A DNA stretch of 12,343 nt from Acaryochloridaceae cyanobacterium VAR_48_metabat_390 (GCA_031422435.1 JANPLU010000005.1:1-12343); one strand, 5' to 3'; positions 1 to 7,584 are shown, counted from the first letter of the stretch. Notes: generated from the letters alone by a model not told the origin. Made by a program: numbers and translations.

Positions 1-316
1 CAATGGGGGTCACAGGGCCAAGCCAAGGGGCACCAGTCAGTGCCAACCCATAGAGACTGCCAGAAAAGCACAGCACGCCAGCCATAAAACAGCTACCCGC
101 CGTTGCTAAAAGCAAATTTGATTGTGTTTGCCAAACAGACATCAGCCCAACGCCAAATAGCGCAAGGGAACGATACATCTGGTACCGCGCCCCCGTCTCG
201 ACCAGCGCCAGGGCAGACGGCAAAAGAACGCCGCGCAAAGAATGGGCTGCAAACGCGCCAATTAAAACCGATAAGCCTCCCATTAACGCCCCAACCACGA
301 TAAATAGCTTACCCAT
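1..316 (-). CDS. DUF423 (YgdD/TMEM256-like) small membrane protein, 3' end runs off the window
   Basis: Not in the ORF track. Manual translation from the ATG at 316 gives MGKLFIVVGALMGGLSVLIGAFAAHSLRGVLLPSALALVETGARYQMYRSLALFGVG...FMAGVLCFSGSLYGLALTGAPWLGPVTPI, open to the window edge. GAFAAH, TGARYQM, FSGSLY and GPVTPI(G) are DUF423 motifs. Confidence 0.9.
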   Translation of the reverse strand, partial: MGKLFIVVGALMGGLSVLIGAFAAHSLRGVLLPSALALVETGARYQMYRSLALFGVGLMSVWQTQSNLLLATAGSCFMAGVLCFSGSLYGLALTGAPWLGPVTPI

Positions 317-438
317 TGACGTTCGTTCCGTTAATATTAATGGCGAGTGCCTGCATCATATTAACGTGAGCTTCTGGCCTTCAGCGCTGCTGCTTTTGCA
401 TCCAAAGCACCGACTCATTTTTCTAATGGATAATCTTT

Positions 439-930
439 ATGGTTCAGATCCGCATTGGGAATGGCTACGATATTCATCGCCTTGTCCCAGGCCGTCCCCT
501 AATTTTAGGCGGTATTGCCATAAACCATGAGCTAGGGCTGCTGGGGCATAGTGATGCGGATGTTCTCACCCACGCCATTATGGATGCCCTCTTAGGGGCA
601 CTGAGTTTGGGCGATATCGGTCACTATTTCCCCCCTACAGATGATCAATGGAAAAATGCCGATAGTCTCAAGCTATTAGAACAGGTTAATCAGCTCATTG
701 TGTCTAAGGGCTGGCAAGTCAGCAATATTGACTCCGTGGTGGTCGCAGAACGCCCTAAGCTTAAGCCCCATATTGCAGCCATGCGCGATCGCCTTGCCAA
801 AACCCTTGCCATCCCCGCCGATCAGGTTGGGGTAAAGGCGACCACTAACGAGCAGCTAGGGCCAGAAGGACGAGAAGAAGGCATTTCGGCCTATGCAGTG
901 GCGCTACTCACCCCCATTACAGCAGGTTAA
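439..930 (+). CDS. ispF: 2-C-methyl-D-erythritol 2,4-cyclodiphosphate synthase
   Basis: [11 protein letters not shown] (DxH metal site), [16 protein letters not shown] and KATTNE motifs; 163 aa. Confidence 0.98.
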   Translation: MVQIRIGNGYDIHRLVPGRPLILGGIAINHELGLLGHSDADVLTHAIMDALLGALSLGDIGHYFPPTDDQWKNADSLKLLEQVNQLIVSKGWQVSNIDSVVVAERPKLKPHIAAMRDRLAKTLAIPADQVGVKATTNEQLGPEGREEGISAYAVALLTPITAG

Positions 931-932
931 CC

Positions 933-1823
933 ATGACAGAGCAGGTCATTGGGGTAGATTTAGGCGGCACCAACATCAAATTGGGACGATATACCCGAGA
1001 AGGAAAGTGTTTAGCTTCTCTCAAAATAGCAACGCCCCAACCGTCATCCCCCGATCCGGTGATTGCAGAAATTGTATCGGCAATTCGTAAGCTTGACCCA
1101 CAGCAAGCGGCGATCGCCCTTGGAATCGGCACGCCAGGGCCAGCGGATGTGAACGGCCGCATTGCGAAGTTAGCCATTAACCTGCCGGGCTGGGTAGATG
1201 TACCCTTAGCTGATCGTCTAGAAGCCCTGATAGGACTGCCTACAACCGTGGGAAATGACGCGAACTGCGCGGGGTTAGGCGAAGCGTGGTTAGGGGCAGG
1301 CCGTCACTTTCAAAACTGGATACTGCTGACCCTCGGCACGGGCGTGGGCGGAGCCATTTTTATCAATGGGGAGCTATTTGTGGGGCATAACGGCACTGCG
1401 GGGGAGCTAGGGCTAGTAACGGTAGACCTCAATGGCCCCCCGTGCAAAAGTGGCAATCACGGCTCTCTAGAGCAGCACGTTTCTGCTCAGGCGATTCGCC
1501 GTCGCACAGGGCTAGAGCCAAGAGAACTGGCAGATAAAGCAGCCGCAGGCGATGGGGAGGCGATCACCTTTTGGCAGCAGTACGGTCGAGAGTTGGCGAC
1601 TGGCATCACCAGTACGGTCTATGTACTGGCACCCGAAGCCATCATTATTGGGGGCGGCATTTGCGCGGCTTCTGAGTTCTTTTTGCCCACCCTTAAAGCC
1701 GAGGTAGAGCGGCGGGTGAAGCCTACGTCGAGAGAAGGGCTACAGATTGTGATCGCAGAGCTTGGAAATCAGGCGGGGATGGTTGGCGCAGCTCGCTTAG
1801 CATGGAAGTCTCTCGCCTCCTAA
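933..1823 (+). CDS. ROK family sugar kinase (glucokinase-like)
   Basis: GVDLGGT phosphate loop, NDANCAGLGE, LTLGTGVGG, AGELG, IIIGGG and LGNQAGMVGAA; no N-terminal HTH. Starts 2 nt after the ispF stop. Confidence 0.93.
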   Translation: MTEQVIGVDLGGTNIKLGRYTREGKCLASLKIATPQPSSPDPVIAEIVSAIRKLDPQQAAIALGIGTPGPADVNGRIAKLAINLPGWVDVPLADRLEALIGLPTTVGNDANCAGLGEAWLGAGRHFQNWILLTLGTGVGGAIFINGELFVGHNGTAGELGLVTVDLNGPPCKSGNHGSLEQHVSAQAIRRRTGLEPRELADKAAAGDGEAITFWQQYGRELATGITSTVYVLAPEAIIIGGGICAASEFFLPTLKAEVERRVKPTSREGLQIVIAELGNQAGMVGAARLAWKSLAS

Positions 1824-1879
1824 CAAAGAATTAAACAGCTTGGTTTTTATAAAAGGAAATGTCTTAAGGTTCTCTTTAA

Positions 1880-2554
1880 ATGAAACTTGAAGAAGTTGTC
1901 CCTTGGGGTAGAACACTAAAAGAATACAAGTCGATGTTTAGTCTGTCAGAAACAGATTTAAACACAAAAATTCTTGGATGCGGCGATGGCCCAGCTAGCT
2001 TCAATGCTGAGATGACGGAGCTAGGATACTCTGTTGTTTCTATCGACCCGGTTTATCAATTTTCTGCTGAACAAATTGAGCTACGTGTTCTAGCAACTTA
2101 CGAGACAATCATTTCTCAGGTAAAACAAAATTTTAGTTACTATGTATGGAAAAACTTCCAAGATGCTGATGAGCTTGGCAAGGCGCGTCTTAACGCAATG
2201 GAAAATTTTTTATTAGACTATGAATCTGGAAAACTTGTAGATCGGTATTTATCCCAATCTTTGCCAAACTTAAATTTTTTTGATCACCAATTTGAGTTGT
2301 GCGTATGCTCTCATCTACTCTTCTTGTATTCAGAACAGTTATCGCTTGATTTTCATCTTACTTCGATTCATGAACTTCTGAGAGTCGCGCCAGAGGTTCG
2401 GATTTTTCCCTTGCTTAAACTTGATGGTGAGCCATCCTCATACCTTGAATTGGTTTTGGACGATTTATCAAATAAAGCGTGTAGTGCACAAGTTCAATTG
2501 GTTGCTTATGAGTTTCAAAAGGGCGGGAATCAAATGTTGAAGATCAGTCGATAG
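1880..2554 (+). CDS. Class I SAM-dependent methyltransferase-like protein, AT-rich
   Basis: Gly-rich motif ILGCGDGPASF, then SIDPVY, FELCVCSHLLFLY, ELLRVAPEVRIFPL and EFQKGGN. Substrate cannot be inferred. Confidence 0.8.
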   Translation: MKLEEVVPWGRTLKEYKSMFSLSETDLNTKILGCGDGPASFNAEMTELGYSVVSIDPVYQFSAEQIELRVLATYETIISQVKQNFSYYVWKNFQDADELGKARLNAMENFLLDYESGKLVDRYLSQSLPNLNFFDHQFELCVCSHLLFLYSEQLSLDFHLTSIHELLRVAPEVRIFPLLKLDGEPSSYLELVLDDLSNKACSAQVQLVAYEFQKGGNQMLKISR

Positions 2555-2563
2555 GCAGTTACC

Positions 2564-2647
2564 GCTCACACCTCCTTGCAAGGGACGAGCTAAATCATTG
2601 GTAGTTATTCACAGGTTAATCGCTACCAATGAAGGGGAACATCAAAC
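2564..2647 (+). other. Degenerate integron attC-like recombination site
   Basis: GCTCA(-)C + 5 nt + CTT[G]CAAG ... AATGAAG + 6 nt + ATCAAAC. This matches R''/L''/L'/R' spacing with one unpaired base in L'', but both R boxes are mutated. Confidence 0.5.
2595..2632. repeat. Perfect 10-bp inverted repeat (hairpin) downstream of the methyltransferase
   Basis: TCATTGGTAG (2595-2604) and CTACCAATGA (2623-2632), 18-nt spacer with additional partial pairing. Confidence 0.75.
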
Positions 2648-2913
2648 ATAAATTTCTATAAAACACGCCAACTCGATGCAATCAATTTAAAACAAACTCA
2701 ATCAATATGGCTTCTCTGTGGCTCTTTAGTGCTATCAAGTAGAGGTCGCACCCTATGGTGACACATTAAACCAGAACGCTTAAATCATTCTTTAGAGAGA
2801 ACTTAGCGTAAAACTCAGAACATAATATGAGGTAGAGCTTTAGCGTTGAATCTATAACGTTGCGATTCAGCGCAAAAGTGCCTCCAAGTAACCGACACCA
2901 GAGGAACATCACG

Positions 2914-3288
2914 ATGGTTCAGCGTGGATCTAAAGTCAGAATTCTTCGACCAGAATCTTACTGGTACCGTGAGGAAGGCACGGTTGCCTCCGTGGATCAA
3001 AGCGGCATCAAGTATCCGGTCATTGTGCGCTTTGAAAAAGTTAACTATGCGGGCGTAAATACCAACAACTTTGGCCTACACGAAGTAAAAGAAACCCAGC
3101 CCCCATCTAAATCTAGTAGCAAGCCAGCCGCTGCTACCCCTGCGAAGCAGACGCCTATTGAAGCTGCTGCACGGACAACGGGTCAAGCGACTAATACTGA
3201 GGTCAGACCAGGCGCAGCACCAGAGGCTGCTGGCGCAGAAGACTCCAGTACACCAGGGGCACCCAATCAAGGAACCGAGTCGAATTAG
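2914..3288 (+). CDS. psaE: Photosystem I subunit IV (PsaE) with long low-complexity C-terminal extension
   Basis: [18 protein letters not shown]...[23 protein letters not shown] at 2914 is preceded by GAGGA and matches the normal PsaE N-terminus, so it is preferred over the TTG at 2860. 124 aa. Confidence 0.96.
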   Translation: MVQRGSKVRILRPESYWYREEGTVASVDQSGIKYPVIVRFEKVNYAGVNTNNFGLHEVKETQPPSKSSSKPAAATPAKQTPIEAAARTTGQATNTEVRPGAAPEAAGAEDSSTPGAPNQGTESN

Positions 3289-3396
3289 ATTTTTACCCAT
3301 GTGCGTGGTGATGGCGCTGGCCTTTTCTCCTTATCCATCTTTACAGAAGAGAGTAGAAGGCTTAGCGTCACTATCACGTCTTATTAATTTAAATCG

Positions 3397-3589
3397 ACGT
3401 GAGTTCGACGCTAGAAATGTTTCACCAACGTGGTTTAAGACCTGATAAGAGGCGTCGATATTGCAAAAGATTTGGGTCAATTCAAGTCGAGCTAGACTGT
3501 TATCCAAGGCTGAGACTGCTTAAACATCAATACTTTGAGCTTAAGGTCTCAGTTCTCCTTATGTCTATCTTTTTTCGTCGAACTCACGT
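3397..3589. mobile_element. MITE (193 bp), probably derived from an IS982-family element
   Basis: Perfect 14-bp terminal inverted repeats ACGTGAGTTCGACG (3397-3410) / CGTCGAACTCACGT (3576-3589). Flanks TTAAATCG / ATAAAACG match 6/8. No transposase ORF. The family guess rests on the 5'-AC termini. Confidence 0.75.
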
Positions 3590-3596
3590 ATAAAAC

Positions 3597-3659
3597 GGGT
3601 TTTGACTTCGCTCAAGCCTCAAATCTCGTATTAACGTGGGTTGAGCGGAGCCAACACCC
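3597..3659. repeat. REP-like imperfect inverted repeat; possible terminator or stabiliser of the cobK transcript
   Basis: GGGTTTTGACTTCGCTCAAGCC (3597-3618) against GGGTTGAGCGGAGCCAACACCC (3638-3659), 18/22 complementary. About 30 nt past the cobK stop and followed by GTTTTAT on the minus strand. Confidence 0.65.
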
Positions 3660-3689
3660 AATATCAGCCTGTAACTTCATTTTGTCCGC

Positions 3690-4469
3690 CTACTTATCAC
3701 CACCCATTGAATCTGGTCTTCTCATGATCGCCAACCTTTCGATAACCCATGTGATCGCCCCTTCCACATCCGCAACCGTCTCACCCTTTGGCATCACAGG
3801 GCGCTGCACCATCACCACCGGAATCTGTAACGTCCGCGCAGCCGCAATTTTGGCGTAGGTTGCATCACCGCCGCTGTTTTTGCTGACCAATACATCAATT
3901 TGATAGGTCTGTAGAAGCGATCGCTCTTGCCCTAGGCTAAACGGACCACGAGCCAGCAGCACTTCACCCTTTGGGATTGTCAACATTGGGTCTGGCGGGT
4001 CAATAGAGCGCATTAAAAACCAGACATGCTCAAGCAAGGCAAAAGGGGCAAGCTGCTGTCTGCCAATCGTCAAAAACACCCGCCGTGCTTCCGCAGATAT
4101 TGCGCTGACCGCAGCCTCTATCGTTTCCACTTCAACCCAGCAGTCTCGTGGCTGCTTTTGCCACACAGGTCGCGCGAGCTGAAGGTAGTGCACCCCTGTT
4201 GCTTGGGCTGCTTCCACCGCATTCCAAGAAATCTGCTTTGCAAAGGGATGAGTGGCATCAATCAGGGCGTCAATCCGCTGCGCTCTAAGATACGCCACTA
4301 ATCCGCTAACGCCCCCAAATCCTCCGCTTCGCACTGTTCCAATCAGGTCTAGGGGCTGGCTTGTTCTACCTGCTAAAGAAGAAATAACCTCTACCGACGG
4401 AAACACCGCTAGCTTTGCGGCTAGCTTCGATGCATCGCCCGTGCCGCCTAAAATTAAAACCCTTGCCAT
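3690..4469 (-). CDS. cobK: Precorrin-6A / cobalt-precorrin-6A reductase (CobK/CbiJ)
   Basis: VLILGGTGDA, SLAGRT, GGFGG, IDATHPFA, FLTIGRQ, ARGPF and VSKNSGG motifs. Confidence 0.97.
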   Translation of the reverse strand: MARVLILGGTGDASKLAAKLAVFPSVEVISSLAGRTSQPLDLIGTVRSGGFGGVSGLVAYLRAQRIDALIDATHPFAKQISWNAVEAAQATGVHYLQLARPVWQKQPRDCWVEVETIEAAVSAISAEARRVFLTIGRQQLAPFALLEHVWFLMRSIDPPDPMLTIPKGEVLLARGPFSLGQERSLLQTYQIDVLVSKNSGGDATYAKIAAARTLQIPVVMVQRPVMPKGETVADVEGAITWVIERLAIMRRPDSMGGDK

Positions 4470-4490
4470 GTCGAACTCATGGTGGTGGGC

Positions 4491-4964
4491 CTAGGTTTCA
4501 CGGGCAGCAGTTGTTTCAGCAGTTGCTTCTGGGGTGGGGTTGTCCCATTGAGCGGCGATCGCCGCCGTCACAATATGAGACAAAAGCCCCATCGGACCTG
4601 CAAATAAACACAGCACCAGAGAATGTCGTGTCCAAACGCCCGTCCGCTGCCCTTCCCAATAAATCCAGCGGCCGACAAATAAATCCATCACTAAGTAATG
4701 TACCCAACCCGTCGCAGCAGCCTTTTCATCCGAAAACAGCAGCGCAATGTCAGAGAGCGTTGGGTTAGCAAAAGACTGCGCTGAATCTGAAGTAAGCGTC
4801 GTCAGCACAAACAGCCCTACATACAGCAGCGCCAGCGCCACAAACGGCAGCAAAGAACTCATTAAGCGACGCGTCCAGTCCCAGTGCGGCAACAGCACCA
4901 TAAGCGTCCAAAACGGCAAGACAAAAATATTTGCAACCGTAAACCACTGATCAAGAGTCGGCAT
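4491..4964 (-). CDS. ABA4-like (DUF4281) membrane protein
   Basis: FVLPFWTLMVLLPHWDWT, GWVHYLVMDLFVGRWIY and HSLVLCLFAGPMGLLSH; about 4 hydrophobic segments. Confidence 0.92.
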   Translation of the reverse strand: MPTLDQWFTVANIFVLPFWTLMVLLPHWDWTRRLMSSLLPFVALALLYVGLFVLTTLTSDSAQSFANPTLSDIALLFSDEKAAATGWVHYLVMDLFVGRWIYWEGQRTGVWTRHSLVLCLFAGPMGLLSHIVTAAIAAQWDNPTPEATAETTAARET

Positions 4965-5173
4965 CAGACAGCCTCATAAGGGAACGTTGGGGTTCAGTAC
5001 AGAGTCACACCGTATAATAGCGAACTCTTTCACTCAGTTGAGGTTTGAGGAGGGCAAAACGCGGATGCCCCTTCAACCCAGTATGATTGAGTAAAATAAG
5101 GCTGCAACTGACTGGCCTGTAGCTTGTCTAAACTAAACTGCCGTAACGTCCCTACGATTGGGCTGAAAAACCT

Positions 5174-6163
5174 ATGTCTCGTCGTCGCTCAACCCCCTGG
5201 ATTCATCGCTGGTCTCGTATCCTTATTGGTGCTGTTGCCATCCTAGGCATCCTTAATACGGGCTACATCACAGCCACCAAGCTGTTTGATCAAGAAACCA
5301 TCTGTACCACCGGATGTGCGCAGGTTCTCAATAGCCCCTACGCAACGGTGTTTGGACAGCCCCTTGCTTTATTTGGCCTACTTGCCTACATTGCAATGGC
5401 TATTTTTGCCCTTGGCCCTATTCTAGTCAACAGCGAAACGCAGAAATCACTTCGAGCCGATCTTGAAGAAAAAACCTGGCTGCTCTTGTTTCTGGGGGCG
5501 ACAGCCATGATGAGCTTCAGCGGCTACCTGATGTACATCATGGTGACAGAGTTTGTCATTCCTAATGGCGCTAAAGCTGTCTGTCTCTACTGCATTGCTT
5601 CCGCCATATTTGCTACAGCGATGTTTGTCCTCACCATCATTGGAAAAGCCTGGAAAGATATTGGGCAAATTCTGTTTGCAGGGCTAATTGCAGCCATAGT
5701 GACATTAGTGGGAACCCTCAGCATCTACGCCCAAGTTAATGCTCCGGCAGCAGCGGGAGCCTACAACATCACAGATGCTGCGGGCAAAGTTTTTTTTACC
5801 GTCAAAGAACAGTCAGGATCTGCTGAAATAGCGCTAGCAAAACATCTTAAAGCCATTGATGCAAAGCTGTATAGCGTCTATTGGTGCCCTCACTGCGCTG
5901 ACCAAAAGAAGGCATTTGGCGTACAGGCAATAGCGGATCTGCCCGCTTTTGAGTGTGATGCAGGAGGCAAAAAGCCCCAGGTTGAAGCCTGTCAGACGGG
6001 TCTTGAAAACGCAGCCAAAGAATTTGGAGACAAGAAAAAGGTTGGATACCCGACCTGGGAGATTAACGGTAAGTATTTTTCTGGCGACCAGCCCCTTGTA
6101 GAACTTGCGAAAGTCTCTGGCTATCAAGGACCACAGAATTTTAAGGTTACAAAAGAACAGTAA
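5174..6163 (+). CDS. Vitamin K epoxide reductase (VKOR)-thioredoxin fusion, thylakoid disulfide-forming enzyme (DsbAB/LTO1-like)
   Basis: N-terminal RRRSTPWIHRWSR, loop cysteines CTTGC..VLNSPYA, active-site CLYC and several TM helices. The Trx domain has WCPHC, a second Cys pair and GYPTW. Confidence 0.95.
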   Translation: MSRRRSTPWIHRWSRILIGAVAILGILNTGYITATKLFDQETICTTGCAQVLNSPYATVFGQPLALFGLLAYIAMAIFALGPILVNSETQKSLRADLEEKTWLLLFLGATAMMSFSGYLMYIMVTEFVIPNGAKAVCLYCIASAIFATAMFVLTIIGKAWKDIGQILFAGLIAAIVTLVGTLSIYAQVNAPAAAGAYNITDAAGKVFFTVKEQSGSAEIALAKHLKAIDAKLYSVYWCPHCADQKKAFGVQAIADLPAFECDAGGKKPQVEACQTGLENAAKEFGDKKKVGYPTWEINGKYFSGDQPLVELAKVSGYQGPQNFKVTKEQ

Positions 6164-6293
6164 GTGAGTCAGCTCACACTGGTTGAGATTCCCCTTGCGA
6201 CTGCATGACAGGTACGTATAGGAAAAGACTAGTCTTCATGCTTCAACTTATGTCACTGTAGTTTTTTGTTGCCCTCAGTCGCTCAATATCTCT

Positions 6294-7550
6294 ATGCAGA
6301 CCTTATCTACTCCCGCTGCCGCCACTCAAACAGACCTCTGGTCTATTACCGACACCACCATTCCTCGCCGTACAACCCGTCCCGTTAGCGTGGGCGACAT
6401 CACCATTGGGGGCGGTCATCCTGTTGTCGTACAGTCAATGATTAATGAAGACACCCTCGATATTGGGGGTTCCGTTGCGGGGATTCGCCGCCTCCATGAA
6501 ATTGGCTGCGAAATTGTGCGGGTCACGGTGCCCAGTATGGCTCATGCTAAAGCACTTGCAGAAATTAAGCAGAAGTTAGCTTTAACCTATCAGCCTGTAC
6601 CTTTGGTCGCAGATGTTCACCACAACGGCATGAAGATTGCCTTAGAAGTGGCAAAGCACGTTGATAAGGTGCGGATTAATCCAGGTCTATACGTGTTTGA
6701 AAAGCCTAAAGCTGATCGCACAGAGTATACGCCTGATGAATTTGCTGAAATTGGCGACAAAATCCGTGAGGCGCTAGAGCCGCTGGTGGTTTCCCTGCGG
6801 GATCAAAATAAAGCCATGCGGATTGGGGTTAACCACGGCTCCCTGGCAGAGCGGATGCTGTTTACCTACGGTGACACCCCTGAAGGCATGGTGGAATCTG
6901 CCGTAGAGTTTCTAAAAATATGTGAATCGCTCAACTTTTACAACCTTGTGGTGTCGATGAAGGCATCTCGAGTACCCGTTATGCTGGCAGCCTATCGCCT
7001 GATGGCAAAGCGCATGGATGAGCTAGGGATGGACTACCCCCTACACCTCGGCGTAACTGAAGCAGGGGATGGCGAGTATGGTCGCATTAAATCTACGGCT
7101 GGCATTGGGACGCTTTTAGCTGAGGGCATTGGCGATACGATTCGAGTTTCGCTAACCGAAGCGCCAGAGAAAGAAATTCCGGTCTGCTACAGCATTTTGC
7201 AGTCACTCGGCCTTCGCAAGACGATGGTAGAGTACGTTGCCTGCCCCTCCTGTGGACGGACGCTGTTTAACTTAGAAGATGTTCTTCATAAGGTTCGGGA
7301 TGCAACCCATCACCTGACAGGGCTGGATATTGCCGTGATGGGCTGTATTGTCAACGGCCCCGGCGAAATGGCAGATGCAGACTACGGCTATGTAGGCAAA
7401 CAGCCCGGATATATCTCGCTCTATCGCGGTCGAGATGAGGTCAAAAAAGTGCCAGAAGATCAGGGCGTTGCGGCGTTAATAGATCTGATTAAGGCGGATG
7501 GACGATGGGTTGAGCCACCTTCAGAGGATCTGCAAGAATCGATAGCATAA
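6294..7550 (+). CDS. ispG: (E)-4-hydroxy-3-methylbut-2-enyl-diphosphate synthase
   Basis: [44 protein letters not shown]; Fe-S ligands CPSC...[10 protein letters not shown]. Confidence 0.99.
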   Translation: MQTLSTPAAATQTDLWSITDTTIPRRTTRPVSVGDITIGGGHPVVVQSMINEDTLDIGGSVAGIRRLHEIGCEIVRVTVPSMAHAKALAEIKQKLALTYQPVPLVADVHHNGMKIALEVAKHVDKVRINPGLYVFEKPKADRTEYTPDEFAEIGDKIREALEPLVVSLRDQNKAMRIGVNHGSLAERMLFTYGDTPEGMVESAVEFLKICESLNFYNLVVSMKASRVPVMLAAYRLMAKRMDELGMDYPLHLGVTEAGDGEYGRIKSTAGIGTLLAEGIGDTIRVSLTEAPEKEIPVCYSILQSLGLRKTMVEYVACPSCGRTLFNLEDVLHKVRDATHHLTGLDIAVMGCIVNGPGEMADADYGYVGKQPGYISLYRGRDEVKKVPEDQGVAALIDLIKADGRWVEPPSEDLQESIA

Positions 7551-7563
7551 CGGCGAGTCATCC

Positions 7564-7584
7564 TGACCCGTGACCCAAGACAAA
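7564..7584. repeat. Short heptamer tandem repeat (STRR-like) between convergent ispG and dipeptidase genes
   Basis: TGACCCG TGACCCA AGACAAA, three degenerate 7-mers abutting the dipeptidase stop codon. Confidence 0.4.

Noticed and set aside
103..303. 66-aa plus-strand ORF
   Set aside because: Antisense shadow of the DUF423 gene on the minus strand.
1817..1879. CCTAAC at the ROK stop as the start of a second attC site
   Set aside because: No complementary L boxes or GTTRRRY end found; TAAC is explained by the stop codon.
2860..2913. 18-aa N-terminal extension of PsaE from a TTG start
   Set aside because: The ATG at 2914 has a GAGGA RBS and matches the canonical PsaE start.
3397..3659. Possible CRISPR array
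   Set aside because: The repeats are inverted pairs, not regularly spaced direct repeats, and there are no cas genes.
3158..3858. ORFs 3158-3445, 3399-3593 and 3535-3858 as small genes or transposase
   Set aside because: They run through psaE, MITE and repeat DNA or antisense to cobK, with no recognisable motifs; MSST and FVELT are just translations of the terminal repeats.
6164..6236. GTGAG/CTCAC mini-stem and AAGACTAGTCTT palindrome upstream of ispG
   Set aside because: The 5-bp stem has no U-tract, and one 12-bp palindrome is expected by chance in 12 kb.
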